Below are positions 12,641 to 25,790 of a stretch of 64,000 nt of DNA, piece after piece (positions within the stretch are counted from its first letter, which is position 1; each line of letters begins with the position of its first letter). The notes under the pieces are model-generated. The model did no database searches. It saw only the letters and a list, made by a program, of their open reading frames with translations, and had not been told where the DNA came from. Position numbers and translations under genes: made by a program. Source of the stretch: Octopus sinensis (lineage: Eukaryota); assembly GCF_006345805.1 (NCBI RefSeq), contig NC_043025.1:5394001-5458000 (forward strand), written 5' to 3'.

Positions 12641-13320
12641 AAGAAAAAAAAAGTGACTAAGTACTCCACACACGTGCGTAACCTCAACGTCACCCTTGGG
12701 GAAGAATCGGCGTGACACAGAATGTTGTGTCAAGGCAGTCCCATTTGACACAACACTGTGTCACGACTGAATGGGCTGGAAGAACACGAAATAAAAGTGT
12801 CTTGCCCAAGGACACAATGCTCTGCAGGGAATCGAACTCACGAACTTGCGATCATGAGCCAAATACCCTAACCACTAAGCCACGTGGTTCCATTAGTGAA
12901 CAAAAAACAGCAATAACAACAACATCAATAATCCATTCTAATTCTGAGCACAAGGCCAGTAATTTTGAGGGAAGGGTTGATTACATCGACCCCAGTGCAC
13001 AACTGATATTTATTTTATTGACCCCGAATGGATAAATGACAAAGTCAACCTCAATGGAATTTGAACTCAGAACGACATAAAGCTGGAACAACATACACAC
13101 ATCAACACACACATATATATATACACACATACACACACACACACACACATATATATATACACACACACACATATATATATATACACACACACATATATAC
13201 ACACACACACATATATACACACACACACATACACACACACACACACACATATATATATACACACACACACATATATATATACACACACACACATATATAT
13301 ATATACACACACACATATAT

Positions 13321-13351
<31 letters not shown>

Positions 13352-13487
13352 TATACACACACACATATATACACACACATATATATACACACACATATAT
13401 ACACACACACACATATATATACACACACTCACACATATATATATACACACACACACACATATATAGGCGCAGGCGTAGCTCTGTGGT

Positions 13488-13587
13488 NNNNNNNNNNNNN
13501 NNNNNNNNNNNNNNNNNNNNNNNNNNNNNNNNNNNNNNNNNNNNNNNNNNNNNNNNNNNNNNNNNNNNNNNNNNNNNNNNNNNNNNN
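13488..13587. other. Assembly gap (100 N) inside a SINE-A copy, next to a (CA/TA)n block at 13085-13465
   Basis: Directly visible. Confidence 0.99.
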
Positions 13588-13619
13588 ACGGAAAGAAAGC
13601 CGTCGTATATATGCATGTA

Positions 13620-13651
<32 letters not shown>

Positions 13652-14396
13652 GATGTATGTATGTTGTGTGTCTGTGTTGTCCCCCTAGCATTGCTTGACA
13701 ACCGATGCTGGTGTGTTTATGTCTCCGTCGCCTAGCGGTTCGGCAAAAAGAGACCGATGGAATAAGTACTGGGCTTACAAAATAAAGAATAAGTCCCGAG
13801 GTCGAGTTGCTCGATTAAAGGCGGTGCTCCAGCACGGCCGCAGTCAAATGACTGAAACAAGAGAGAGAGTAGGATACTGAGAGATTCAAGGGACAATACT
13901 CATGGTTTGAGTTATTGTCCTGTTTGTATTACGAAACCTACAAATATTATATATACATATATATGTAAATACACCTCCATATATATATATACACACACAT
14001 GTATATATATATATATATGTATATATTATTCAAAGGAATTCCAACTCTGTCTGTTTTTTATGTTTTATTTATATTCTTTATAATATTAATGTGGAATATA
14101 GAATATATAGTATAAATAATATATATATACTAAAATTAAATGAAGCACCTTATTGAATATAAAATATTAAGGGACTAGAATACGTTCTTGCATTATAGCA
14201 GTCTTCAAGGTCTGCGTATGTGTCTTTTAATCGATCCGGTTCCAAAGTGACTGAATTATGCAAATAACCGGAAATGATGTTTAGTAAATATAACGGCTTA
14301 TGCAGTCTGCGTATGCTTGTATCTTATCTAATATATATATATATATATATGTGCGTGTGTGTATGTATGTATATATACACACACACACACACACAC

Positions 14397-14962
14397 ACAG
14401 GAGTGGCTGTGTGGTAAGTAGCTTGTTTACCAACCACATGGTTCCGGGTTCAGTTCCACTGCGTGTCACCTTGGACAAGTGTCTTCTACTATAGCCTCGG
14501 GCTGACCAAAGCCTTGTGAGTGGATTTGGTAGACGGAAACTGAAAGAAGCCCATCGTATATATGTGTGTGTGCGTGTATGTTTGTGTGTCTTGTCATTTG
14601 ACTGCGGCCATGCTGGAGCACCGCCCTTAATCGAGCAACTCAACCCTGGGAATTATTCTTTTGTAAGCCCAGTACTTATTCTATCGATCTCTTTTGCCGA
14701 ACTGCTAAGTAACGGGGAGGTAAACACACCAGCATCGGTTGTCAAGCAATGCTAGGGGGACAAACACAGACACACAAACACACACACGCATATATATATA
14801 TACATATATACGACGGGCTTCTTTCAGTTTCCGTCTACCAAATCCACTCACAAGGCATTGGTCAGCCCAAGGTTATAGTAGAAGACACTTACCCAAGGTG
14901 CCACGCAGTGGGACTGAACCCGGAACCATGTGGTTGGTAAGCAAGCTACTTACCACACAGCC
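14397..14962. mobile_element. Inverted SINE-A pair (+ 5' half 14397-14580; - copy 14595-14962)
   Basis: Consensus matches on both strands. Confidence 0.85.
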
Positions 14963-16227
14963 TAAGGTGCAATGCTGGTTTTGGGTAGTGTTTTGGTGAC
15001 TCTCCTGCATCTAATCACTGTCCTTTAATCTCTCAACTAGCACAAAGCTATCACCCCAAAGTACTTCCCCCGCTTCCCTGTTGGGGTTTTTTTATCTAGC
15101 CAGTTACTTGGTGACCCCATCAGTGCTGGAGACACATAAGAAAATACCCAGCACCGGTGCCATGTAGAAAGCACCCGGTACACTCTTGAAAATGGTTGGC
15201 ATTACAAAGGGAATCCAGCTGTAGAAACCAATGCTAAGCAGACAATTAAGGCCTGGCGCAGCCCCTGGCCTTCTTTGACAGCGCCTGTCAAACTGTCCAA
15301 CCCATGCCAGCATCGAAACACATGTTAAATGATGATGATACATTGGTGCAGTCATCACTGTGTGGTAAGAAGCTTATTTCCCAACTACATGGTTCCAGGT
15401 TCAGTCCCACTGCGTGGCACCTTGGGCAAGTGTCTTCTTTTATAGCCTCGGGCCAACCAAAGCCTTGTGAGTGGATTTGGTAGATGGAAACTGAAAGAAG
15501 CCTGTCGTGTAATGTGTGTTTGTGTGTGTGTGTGACTGTGTAAAATATATATGTATGTATGTATGTATATATCTATATGTGCATGTGTTAGTGTCTGTGT
15601 TTGTTCCCCCATCACTGCTTGATGCTTTGGTGTGTTTATGTCCCTGTAACTTAGCAGTTCAGCAAAAGAGACTGGTAGAATAAGTATTAGGATCAAAAAG
15701 TAAGTAAGAAGCTTATTTCCCAACTACATGGTTCCAGGTTCAGTCCCACTCTGTGGCACCTTGGGCAAGTGTCTTCTACTATAGCCTCGGGCCAACCAAA
15801 GTCCCGGCATTGATTTGTTCCACTTAAAGCCCTTCAAGTTTGTGCTCCAGCATGGACGCCGTCAAATGACTGAAACAAGTAAAAGAATAAATTAAAAAGC
15901 AAGCCTAATTTCAAGATACTTCCCATTTAATTAAGAGTTTCTTTTATGTTTGCGAAAGTGTAACGATAAAATGAAGTTAGCTATTAATTTATTAATTAAT
16001 CTCAACTGATTATATCAACGGTTGGGAATCTTGAGTTAGTCAATTTCTCACATACCTATTTCGGTGTAACGAGTGTTATTAGTTTAGCATCTCTTCGTTA
16101 CTGGAACGAGGTGACGAGACACAACGGTTGGTACTTCGTTGTCCTTTCAACTCTTTCTCACCAAGTTCTTCAAATCATCATCATCATCGTGTTTATAAAT
16201 CTACATATGTGTGTGTATACACGTATG

Positions 16228-16258
<31 letters not shown>

Positions 16259-16849
16259 CTGTATACATTTACCTATCATTTACCATCATCAGTTGTAGTG
16301 TTGCTTAGAAGGCAGTGAGCTGGCCGAATCATTAGCACATCAGACAAAAAGCTTATCATCATCATCATCATCATCGTTTAACGTCCGTTTTCCATGCTGG
16401 CATGGGTTGGATGGTGCAACTGGAGTGTGGGAAGCCAGAAGGCTGCACCAGGCCCAGTCTGAATCTGGCAGAGTTTCTACGGCTGGATGCCCTTCCTAAC
16501 GCCAACCACTCCGCGAGTGGATTGGGTGCTTTTTACGTGCCACCTGCACAGGGCCGGGGGGGTCCGGCATCGGTCACGATCGGTTCGAGCTTTTCTAGAG
16601 TTGAGGTGGGGGGGTGGGGGGGGTCTAGCTGAGAAAGGTTCCACCAGTGGAAAGAGAGGGGAGAGTTAGTGGGGGGGGTGCAGGTAATATAGGGACAGCA
16701 CCAGTGGGGAAGGTTGGGTATAAGGAGGAACAATGACAAGGAAAGGGTTGGTGCAGAAGAAAAAACGTAGGATATCACGAGACGGGGAGGGGACTGGAAG
16801 GAAATCGTCGGATTGAGGCAGTGACAGATTCTAAACAGGAGGTAACGTA

Positions 16850-17500
16850 AGATCAGTATCTTGTTTATTATTTACATTCGACAGATATTTGTCCTCATCT
16901 TGTTTGTTGTTAACACAATATTTTGGCTGGCCAGCGCCGCCTCGACTGGCTTCTGTGCCGGTGGCACGTAAAAAGCACCATCCGAATGTGGCTGATGCCA
17001 GCACCGCCTTGACTGGCTTCCGTGCCGGTGGCACATTAAAAGCACCAACCGATCGTGGCTGCTGCCAGACTCGCCTGGCACCTGTGCCGGTGGCACGTAA
17101 AAAGCACCCACTACACTCACGGAGTGGTTGGCGTTAGGAAGGGCATCCAGCTGTAGAAACACTGCCAGATCAGACTGGAGCCTGGTGCAGCCCCTGGCTT
17201 CCCAGAACCCAGTTGAACCATCCAACCAGTGCTAGCGCAGAAAACGGACGTTAAACGATGATGATGATGAGGATGATACCCCCCAACCTTCATCAGGTGT
17301 CTTGGGGAAAATTTCGAACCTGGGTTCTCATTCGTAAGATATTTTACAATGTTGTTGTTGTTAACCCAGTTGAACCATCCAACCAGTGCTAGCGCAGAAA
17401 ACGGACGTTAAACGATGATGATGATGAGGATGATACCCTCCAACCTTCATCAGGTGTCTTGGGGAAAATTTCGAACCTGGGTTCTCATTCGTAAGATATT
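16850..17500 (-). mobile_element. Element F (tRNA head plus HHR body) fragments, split by a repeat E insertion at 16928-17270 and partly duplicated
   Basis: aacacaatattttggctg and taccccccaaccttcatcagg are the two halves of the F hammerhead region. Confidence 0.75.
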
Positions 17501-17506
17501 TTACAA

Positions 17507-17579
<73 letters not shown>

Positions 17580-17623
17580 GCCGCTGCTGCTGTTGTTGTT
17601 GTTGTTGTTGTTGTTCAGGTCAT

Positions 17624-17896
17624 GGGCATATGGCCTAGTGGTTAAAAGCGTGGGCTACTAACCCCAAGATTCCGAGATCGATTCCAGGCAGTGACCTGAA
17701 TAATAATAATAATAATAATATCGAAAAATACCTTAGGAATGAGAACTCAGGTTCAAAATTTCCCCAAGACACTTGATGGAGGCTGGAAGGTATATCCGAA
17801 ATGTGCTAACAACAAACAAGATGAGGACAAATATCCGTCAAATGTAAATAATGTAAACAATGAACATAATTCCTCATCTCTTAAATATAGAACTGT
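17624..17896 (+). mobile_element. Element F, full length, degenerate hammerhead
   Basis: tRNA-like head GGGCATATGGCCTAGTGGTTAA...GAGATCGATTCC, (TAA)n, body ending TAAATATAGAACTGT; core mutated to TTGATGG. Confidence 0.8.
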
Positions 17897-18034
17897 AGTA
17901 TCTTGTTTGGCCTTATGTTCTGAGTTCATATTCCACCATTGCCTTCTAAACAATCGTCTCCATCATCATCATCATTTAATGTCCATTTTCCATGCCGGCG
18001 TAAGTTGGCAGGTTTGACAAAGATTTTCTAACTA

Positions 18035-18858
18035 GAAAGGGTATGGCCTGGTCAGCCTGTAATGACATGCATAAGATCTGGTCATCAAATCTAAGTAGAG
18101 ATTTCAAACTTAAAATCTTCAAAGCCACAGTTGAACCAATTCTACGTTATCAAGGAAGCTCGAGAGGCGGTTGGCTGGAACCTACACTTGCCTCCTTACG
18201 AGAGCTCAAAATCTCTCGTGGAAGCGCCATCCAATCAAAATGCAAATATATGGGAAACTACCACCTGTGTCATCTCTTGTAAAAGGTAGAAGAATCCAGT
18301 TTGCTAGACATTGTTGTAGAGCTGAAAAAGAGGCAATTTATACTCTTCTCTTCTGGAAGCCATCTACTCGCGATACCAGAGGGCACACACTCTCCTACCC
18401 TGATGTAATCTCCAGGGATACAGGCATCCAGCAACAGGACCTCCGTAACACCAAGATGGACCATGAAGTCTGGCATAGCATGGTAAATTCCATTGTCTCG
18501 ACTACGGTCACAATACCAGAGGGCGCACACTCTCCTACCCTGATGTAATCTCCAGGGATACAGGTATCCAGCAACAGGACCTCCGTAACGCTATGATGGA
18601 CCGTGAAGTCTGGCGTAGCATGGTAAATTCCATTGTCTCGACCACGGTCGCAATACCAGAGGGCGCACACTCTCCTACCCTGATGTAATCTCCAGGGATA
18701 CAGGTATCCAGCAACAGGACCTCCGAACGCTATGATGCCGTGAAGTCTGCGATGCTTAGCATGGTAAATTCCATTGTCTCGACCACGGTCACAATACCAG
18801 AGGGCGCACACTCTCCTACCCTGATGTAATCTCCAGGGTCGAACAATGATGATGAGAG
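18035..18858 (+). mobile_element. RTE/RTE-X-like LINE 3' fragment with the 3' 140-bp segment repeated 3.3 times
   Basis: AWSACNDMHKIWSSNLSRDFKLKIFKATVEPIL...RRIQFARHCCRAEKE; units at 18371, 18511, 18651, 18792; (TGA)n tail. Confidence 0.75.
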
Positions 18859-19279
18859 CTGGTAATGCTGGGAGCCATACCAGACTCCAGATTTCTGTTC
18901 CAGCTTGGTTTCTACAATTGGATGCCCTTCCTAATGCCAACCACTTTACAGAGTGCACTGGGTGCTTCTTATGTGGCACTGGCACAAATGCATTATATGT
19001 GGCACCGGCATCTGTAAGACAAGTCCTCTTAACTTTTTTCAGTCATTTGACTGCGGCCATGCTGGAGCACCACTCTTAATCGAGCAACTTGACCCCGGGA
19101 CTTATTCTTTTGTAAGCCCAGTACTTATTCTATCGGTCTCTTTTTGCCGAACCGCTAAGTGACGGGGACATAAACACACCAGCATCGGTTGTCAAGCAAT
19201 GCTAGGGAGACAAACACAGACACACAAGGAGTGGGGACGTGACCATAAGAGACACCCCTCTATGTATGGATGGTTGCGA

Positions 19280-19540
19280 TTTTACTTAGCTTGATGTTTC
19301 TTCTCAAGTGCAGCCAATTGCCTCAACACCAAGTCCCTTATCATTTCTTCAGTGAGGCCCAACATAGGAAGATCCCTTCTCATTCATCCTACATCATCCT
19401 CTTCCAAGGGTTCCCTCCACAGTCACAGATTAGCTCTTCTTCAAGCATCTGTCCTCGTCCATACACATCACATGGCCATAGCAGTGCAGTCTTCTCTCTT
19501 GCCCACAACATCTGATGCCTCTTATACTCACTTTTCCTCT
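19280..19540 (-). mobile_element. RTE-clade LINE C-terminal fragment, degenerate
   Basis: Minus strand reads ERRLHCYGHVMCMDEDRCLKK...LGLTEEM...QAK*. Confidence 0.65.
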
Positions 19541-19569
19541 TAAATCAGGGGTGAATTAGCCCAAATTAA

Positions 19570-20235
19570 AAAATAAATGCACCCTTTTAAAGCCTAGCCA
19601 GGCTCATGAGCCCGGTTTCCATGACGTATTTGTTCCCCAGCTGAACGGGACGCCAGTCCATTGCAGCGTTACTCATTTTTGCCAGCTGAGTGGACTGGGG
19701 CAAGGTGGAATTAAGTGTTTTGCTCAAGAACGCAATGCGTCGCCCGGTCTGGGAATCGAAACCACAAACTTACAATCATGATGTTGACACCCTAATCCAT
19801 CGCGGCCTTACTTATTTTTGCCAGCTGAGTGGCTGGGGCAAGGTGGAATTAAGTGTTTTGCTCAAGAACGCAACGCGTCGCCCGGTCTGGGAATTGAAAC
19901 CACAAACTTACAATCATGATGTTGACGCCCTAATCCATCGCGGCCTTACTTATTTTTGCCAGCTGAGTGGACTGGAGCTACGCGAAATGTAGTGTTTTGC
20001 TCAAGAACACAATGCGTCGCCCGGACCAGGAATCGAAACCACAAACTTTCAATCATGATGTTGACACCCTAATCCATCGCGGCCTTACTTATTTTTGCCA
20101 GCTGAGTGGACTGGAGCAACGTGAAATGAAGTGTTTTGCTCAAGAACATAATGTGTCGCCCGGTCCAGGAATCGAAACCACAAACTTACAATCATGATGC
20201 TGACACCCTAACCACTAAGCCACGTGCCTCCACAT
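19570..20235 (-). mobile_element. SINE-C 5' part in four tandem ~139-bp units
   Basis: GCCAGCTGAGTGG at 19681, 19820, 19958, 20097; tRNA-like head on minus strand. Confidence 0.8.
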
Positions 20236-20765
20236 GGGTGAATTAGCCCAAGTGGGATAAAAAATAAAATTCTTGGGGGTAACGAGGACTCATTAAGCAT
20301 AATTAAAATTATATAAAATGTGTTCTCGATTTAAACAAACATCAATTAAAATTCCTGCCAAATATCCCAAATTCTAATCTCTTTATTCTAAAGATATTAT
20401 TTTATTTTCTGGGGGGGTGGGGTTTACCATGAACCCTGATTGGGTCACGGAACTGACACGGCTTATCGTCAATCGCTTGCATATCAATCAGGGGGACTAC
20501 ATGCTCTATCTCTTGTATCATTTGGCTTCAATGTCCTTCAGGCTTTGATTGTTCGTTGTGCATATTAATTACCTCATATCAATTAAATTACTCTATATAT
20601 TACCACTCCCGCCTATTCTCCTACGCCTCCCTCGACCACTTACCCAATACCTTATTTCTCTCTCTCTCTCTCTCTTCCAAGAATTGTGACAGGTACATAC
20701 AGAGATTCCAACAGATAACAATTGAACTAAACTGTCATATGAGTAGCCTCACTCCCATTGCTTAC

Positions 20766-20841
20766 CTCTGCTCCACCCAGCCATCTGTTTCCTTAGATCT
20801 CTAACATAAAGGTGACCAGGTAGCGGCAGTGGTGGCTGGCG
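20766..20841 (-). CDS. Candidate internal exon (RQPPLPLPGHLYVRDLRKQMAGWSR), unidentified
   Basis: Acceptor ttgctgccttatacAG, donor GAG|GTAAGC, only one frame open; no recognised homology. Confidence 0.25.
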
Positions 20842-20872
20842 CTGTATAAGGCAGCAAATTGGCAACTTTATT

Positions 20873-21478
20873 AAGGCGGGCAGCTGGCGGAAACGTTAGC
20901 ACGCCGGGCGAAATGCTTTCCGGTATTTCGCCTGCCGTTACGTTCTGAGTTCAAATTCCGCCGAGGTCGACTTTGCCTTTCATCCTTTCTGGGTCGATAA
21001 ATTAAGTACCAGTTACGCACTGGGGTCGATGTAATCGACTTAATACCCATGTCTGTCCTTGTTTGTCCCCTCTATGTTTAGCCCCTTGTGGGTAATAAAG
21101 AAATAGGTATTTCGTCTGCCGTTACGTTCTGAGTTCAAATTCCACCAAGGTCGACTTTGCCTTTCATCCTTTCTGGGTCGATAAATAAAGTACCAGTTAT
21201 GCACTGGGGTCGATGTAATCGACTTAATACCTATGTCTGTCCTTGTTTGTCCCCTCTGTGTTTAGCCCCTTGTGGGTAGTAAAGAAATAGGTATTTTGTC
21301 TGCCGTTACGTTCTGAGTTCAAATTCCACCGAGGTCGACTTTGCCTTTCATCCTTTCAGGGTCGATAAATTAAGTACCAGTTACGCACTGGGGTCGATGT
21401 AATCGACTTAATACCTTTGTCTGTCCTTTTTGTCCCCTCTATGTTTAGCCCCTTGTGGGTAATAAAGAAATAGGTATC
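20873..21478 (+). mobile_element. SINE-B tandem trimer (184-bp period)
   Basis: GTTACGTTCTGAG at 20937, 21121, 21305. Confidence 0.9.
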
Positions 21479-21904
21479 AGATGGAATGCCCTATAAAAAG
21501 CACCATCCGATCGTGGCCGTTGCCAGCCTTGCCTGGCCCCCGTGCCGGTGGCATGTAAAAAGCACCATCCGTCCGTGGCCGTTTGCCAGCCTCACCTGGC
21601 ACGTAAAAAGCACCCTCTACACTCACGGAGTGGTTGGCATTAGGAAGGCCATCCAGCCATAGAAACACTGCCGGATAAGACTGGAGCCTGGTGCAGCCTT
21701 CTGGCTTCCCAGACCCCAGTTGAACCGTCCAACCCATGCTAGCATGGAAAACGGAATCTAAATGATGATGATGATGATACTACTAGTCTGTCACAGGTCA
21801 TATTCACCCAGATGATCTGATAAATAGTATCTAACCACAGCAAGAACACAGCTTCACAGGACATGGCACTATTATTTCACTCCCCCAGATAAGGGTATCT
21901 ATTT

Positions 21905-22497
21905 CCTGCTGGCAGAAACGGTAGCACGCCGGGCGAAATGCGAAGCCGTATTTCATCTGTCGTTACGTTCTGAGTTCAAATTCCGCCGAGGTCGACTTTG
22001 CCTTTCATCCTTTCGGGGTCGATAAATAAAGTACCAGTTACGCACTGGGGTCGATGTAATCGACTTAATCCGTTTGTCTGTCCTTGTTTGTCCCCTCTAT
22101 GTTTAGCCCCTTGTGGGTAGTAAAGAAATAGGTATTTCGTCTGCAGTTACGTTCTGAGTTCAAATTCCGCCGAGGTCGACTTTGCCTTTCTTCCTTTCGG
22201 GGTCGATAAATAAAGTACCAGTTACGCACTGGGATCGATGTAATCGACTTAATACCTATGTCTGTCCTTGTTTGTCCCCTCTATGTTTAGCCCCTTGTGG
22301 GTAGTAAAGAAATAGGTATTTGGTCTGCAGTTACGATCTGAGTTCAAATTCCGCCGAGGTCGACTTTGCCTTTCATCCTTTCGGGGTCGATAAATTAAGT
22401 ACCAATTGCGCACTGGGGTCGATGTAATCGACTTAATCCGTTTGTCTGTCCTTGTTTGTCCCCTCTATGTTTAACCCCTTGTGGGCAATAAAGAGAT
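21905..22497 (+). mobile_element. SINE-B tandem trimer (184-bp period)
   Basis: Units at 21962, 22146, 22330. Confidence 0.9.
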
Positions 22498-22679
22498 ATA
22501 TTTCCTCACCACAGTAAAAGTGAGAAGAGAAAAATCTGTCTCTGGATATGGTGCTAGTCCCTCACAGGTAACATTCCCCCAGGTAACCTGTTACCTATTA
22601 CCGCAATACAGCCTGGGTTCAATAGCATTGTATTCTGATCAGAAATACAAATAAAACCCCTTTAACAGTGCATTTGATC

Positions 22680-23088
22680 TCTCTTTACTCTTTTACTTGT
22701 TTCAGTCATTTGACTGCGGCCATGCTGGAGCACCGCCTTTAGTCGAGCAACTCAGCCCCGGGACTTATTCTTTTGTAAGCCCAGTACTTATTCTATCGGT
22801 CTCTTTTGCCGAACCGCTAAGTGACGGAGACGTAAACACACCAGCATCGGTTGTCAAGCAATGCTAGGGGGACAAACACAGACACACAAACACACACACA
22901 TACATATATATATATACATATATACGACAGGCTTCTTTCAGTTTCCGTCTACCAAATCCACTCACAAGGCATTGGTCGGCCCGGGGCTATAGCAGAAGAC
23001 ACTTGCCCAAGATGCCACGCAGTGGGACTGAACCCGGAACCATGTGGTTGGTTAGCAAGCTACTTACCACACAGCCACTCCTGCGCCT
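22680..23088 (-). mobile_element. SINE-A, full length
   Basis: Consensus match. Confidence 0.88.
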
Positions 23089-23224
23089 CTGTCCCCAACC
23101 TCTTTCGTTTGGCCGTATTACCCTTCTATTAAGATATTTGCATTCCATTTCATTGGTGACCGATGATGTTTTTGTGATATATTGGGTGGATTTAATCAAT
23201 ATTCTTTTCCTCTCTTTCTCTTGA

Positions 23225-23626
23225 TCTATCTTTATCTATCTATCTATCTATCTATCTGTATGTGTATATATCTATCTATCTATCTGTCTGTCTATCTTAT
23301 CTATCTATCTTATTTGCAAAAAAAAAAAAGAAATATAACATGTGACTTCATTGACCGAGGTTACCGTGGTCTTTTCCGTAGGCTTTTCTTTCCACAGGTA
23401 AACCTCACCTGTCCTCCCCTTTACACTTCATATTGACATTTCTGTGATTACGATCCCTATTGATCAACTTTTTTTTTTTAAATCCTCCCCTTTTTTGTCC
23501 TCTTTCTTTCCTTTTACGATCCCTTTTGATCGAAAACCAACCCCCTTTTCCTTACCCCCAAAAGAAAAGCTCTACCTTGTAATTTGTTCTGTCTGTGTGC
23601 AGCCCTGTGTGGCTAATAAAGAAACA

Positions 23627-23660
<34 letters not shown>

Positions 23661-23661
23661 G

Positions 23662-23710
<49 letters not shown>

Positions 23711-23738
23711 CCTACCTACCTACCTATCTATCTATCTA

Positions 23739-23769
<31 letters not shown>

Positions 23770-23865
23770 TATCTATCTTTCTTTCTATCTATCTATCTAT
23801 CTATCTACCTGTCTGTCTGTCTATCTATCTGTTTATCTATCTGTCTGTCTGTCTGTCTCATCTTA
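23225..23865. repeat. (TCTA/TCTG)n tetranucleotide repeats, two blocks
   Basis: Directly visible. Confidence 0.9.
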
Positions 23866-24212
23866 TTACCAAACACGGCTCACAGGTGAAAGGTTACACA
23901 TATCTACTCTTACATAACCATTGTCTGTACCACCTCCCACCATTCCCAAGCCACCACCACAACCGCAGCTAGCATCATCACCGCCCTAACCCCCGGGTAC
24001 CTCCACCACCATCATTGACATCATCACCTCAGCAACCAGAAATACCTTCGCCGCTGCCACCACAACCCCAAATACTACTATTACTACCACCACCACCATC
24101 ATGACCGCAACTACCATCAGGTGCTTGTCTTATTGATTTCTATTTGCTACATGCCTAAGTTCATCTGAGTTATGTCCCCTTTATTGCAGTGAACAAGCAG
24201 TTTTTATAATCG

Positions 24213-24373
24213 TAGGAGTGGCTGTGTGGTAAGTAGCTTGTTTACCAACCACATGGTTCCGGGTTCAGTCCCACTGCGTGGCATCTTGGGCAAGTGTCTT
24301 CTACGATAGCCTCGGGCCGACCAAAGCCTTGTGAGTGGATTTGGTAGACAGAAACTGAAAGAAGCCTGTCGTA

Positions 24374-24412
<39 letters not shown>

Positions 24413-24630
24413 GTTTGTGTGTCTGTGTTTGTCCCCCTAGCATTGCTTGACAACCAATGCTGGTGTGTTTATGTCCCCGTTACTTAGCGGTTCGGCAAAA
24501 AGAGACCGATAGAATAAGTACTGGGCTTACAAAAGAATAAGTCCCGGGGTCGAGTTGCTCGATTAAAGGCGGTGCTCCAGCATGGCCGCAGTCAAATGAC
24601 TGAAACAAGTAAAAGAGAGTAAAGAGTAAA
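24213..24630 (+). mobile_element. SINE-A, full length
   Basis: A box TGGCTGTGTGG, B box GGTTCAGTCCC, full body and tail. Confidence 0.9.
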
Positions 24631-24654
24631 CATACACATATACAGACTAACATA

Positions 24655-24992
24655 TATACCTATTTCTTTTTTACCCTCATGGGGCTAAACATAGAGGGGA
24701 CAAACAAGGACAGACATAGGTATTAAGTCGATTACAGCGACCCCAGTGCGTAACTGGTACTTAATTTATCTACCCCGAAAGGATGAAAGGCAAAGTCGAC
24801 CTCAGCGGAATTTGAACTCAGAACGTAGCGGAAGACGAAATACCTATTTCTTTACTACCTACAAGGGGCTAAACACAGAGGGGACAAACAACGACAGACA
24901 TAGGTATTAAGTCGATTACAGCGACCCCAGTGCGTAACTGGTACTTAACTTATCTACCCCGAAAGGATGAAAGGCAAAGTCGACCTCGGCGG
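24655..24992 (-). mobile_element. SINE-B tandem dimer, partial
   Basis: Reverse-complement consensus match. Confidence 0.8.
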
Positions 24993-25299
24993 ACAGCATC
25001 TTCTTCATCACACATCTGTCCTCAATGCTGGGATGGTTTTCAGAGGTGTTGGTCATTCGGAGAGCTGCCCCCAAATTTCAGGCCTTGTGCCTATAGTAGA
25101 AAGGATTCTAACTGCCACCAAGACTACCACCTCTACTCTTACAGCCTTCAGGAGTGTTGTGTTGACCAGTACTGGTACTACATCCACAACTACTACACTC
25201 TCATTACCACCTCCAAGCACAGTTACACATACACCACCGCCATCATCATCCAGCATTCATTAAAGTACTCCCAAAGGAGTACACATTCGCCAGTACCTT

Positions 25300-25790
25300 T
25301 GTACTTCACCACTGCTACCATCACCACCATCATTATCATCACTTCCAGAAGCACCACTGCCACAACCACCACCACTGTCACAACCACCACTACTGCCACA
25401 ACCACCACTGCCACAACAACCACCACAACTACCACCACCACTGCCATGACGACCACAACCACCACCACCGCCACAACCACCATCACCGCCACAACCTCCA
25501 TCACTGCCACAACCACCACCACCACCACAACCACCATCACTACCGCCACTACCACCATCACTGCCACAACCACCACCACCATCACTGCCACAACCACCAC
25601 CACAACCACCATCACCACCACCATCGCCACAACTACCACCACCACCTCTACTACAATCACTACCACCTTCACCACCACTCCCACAACCACCGCCACAATG
25701 ATTATGACCTTCACCACAGCAGCCACCACTACCACCACCGTTACCCACTCCACCTCCTGCCACGACCACCTCCTCTCTCTACCCATCAAT
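25300..25790. repeat. (ACC/ACA/ACT)n low-complexity block
   Basis: Directly visible; source of the poly-Thr ORF. Confidence 0.9.

Noticed and set aside
14240-14290. Promoter (ATGCAAAT octamer plus CCGGAAAT ETS-like site)
   Set aside because: Two short motifs only, with no CpG-rich context or downstream exon
14739-14999. Recurrent ORFs such as MSSNARGTNTDTQ...[15 protein letters not shown]
   Set aside because: Antisense translations of SINE-A; the recurrence reflects repeat copy number
17206-17510. 157-bp local duplication as a distinct element
   Set aside because: It is a simple near-identical copy of an E/F junction and may be an assembly echo
17624-17700. tRNA genes (heads of F, SINE-A, B, C, D)
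   Set aside because: A and B boxes are present but the acceptor and anticodon stems do not close, and the heads run into SINE bodies
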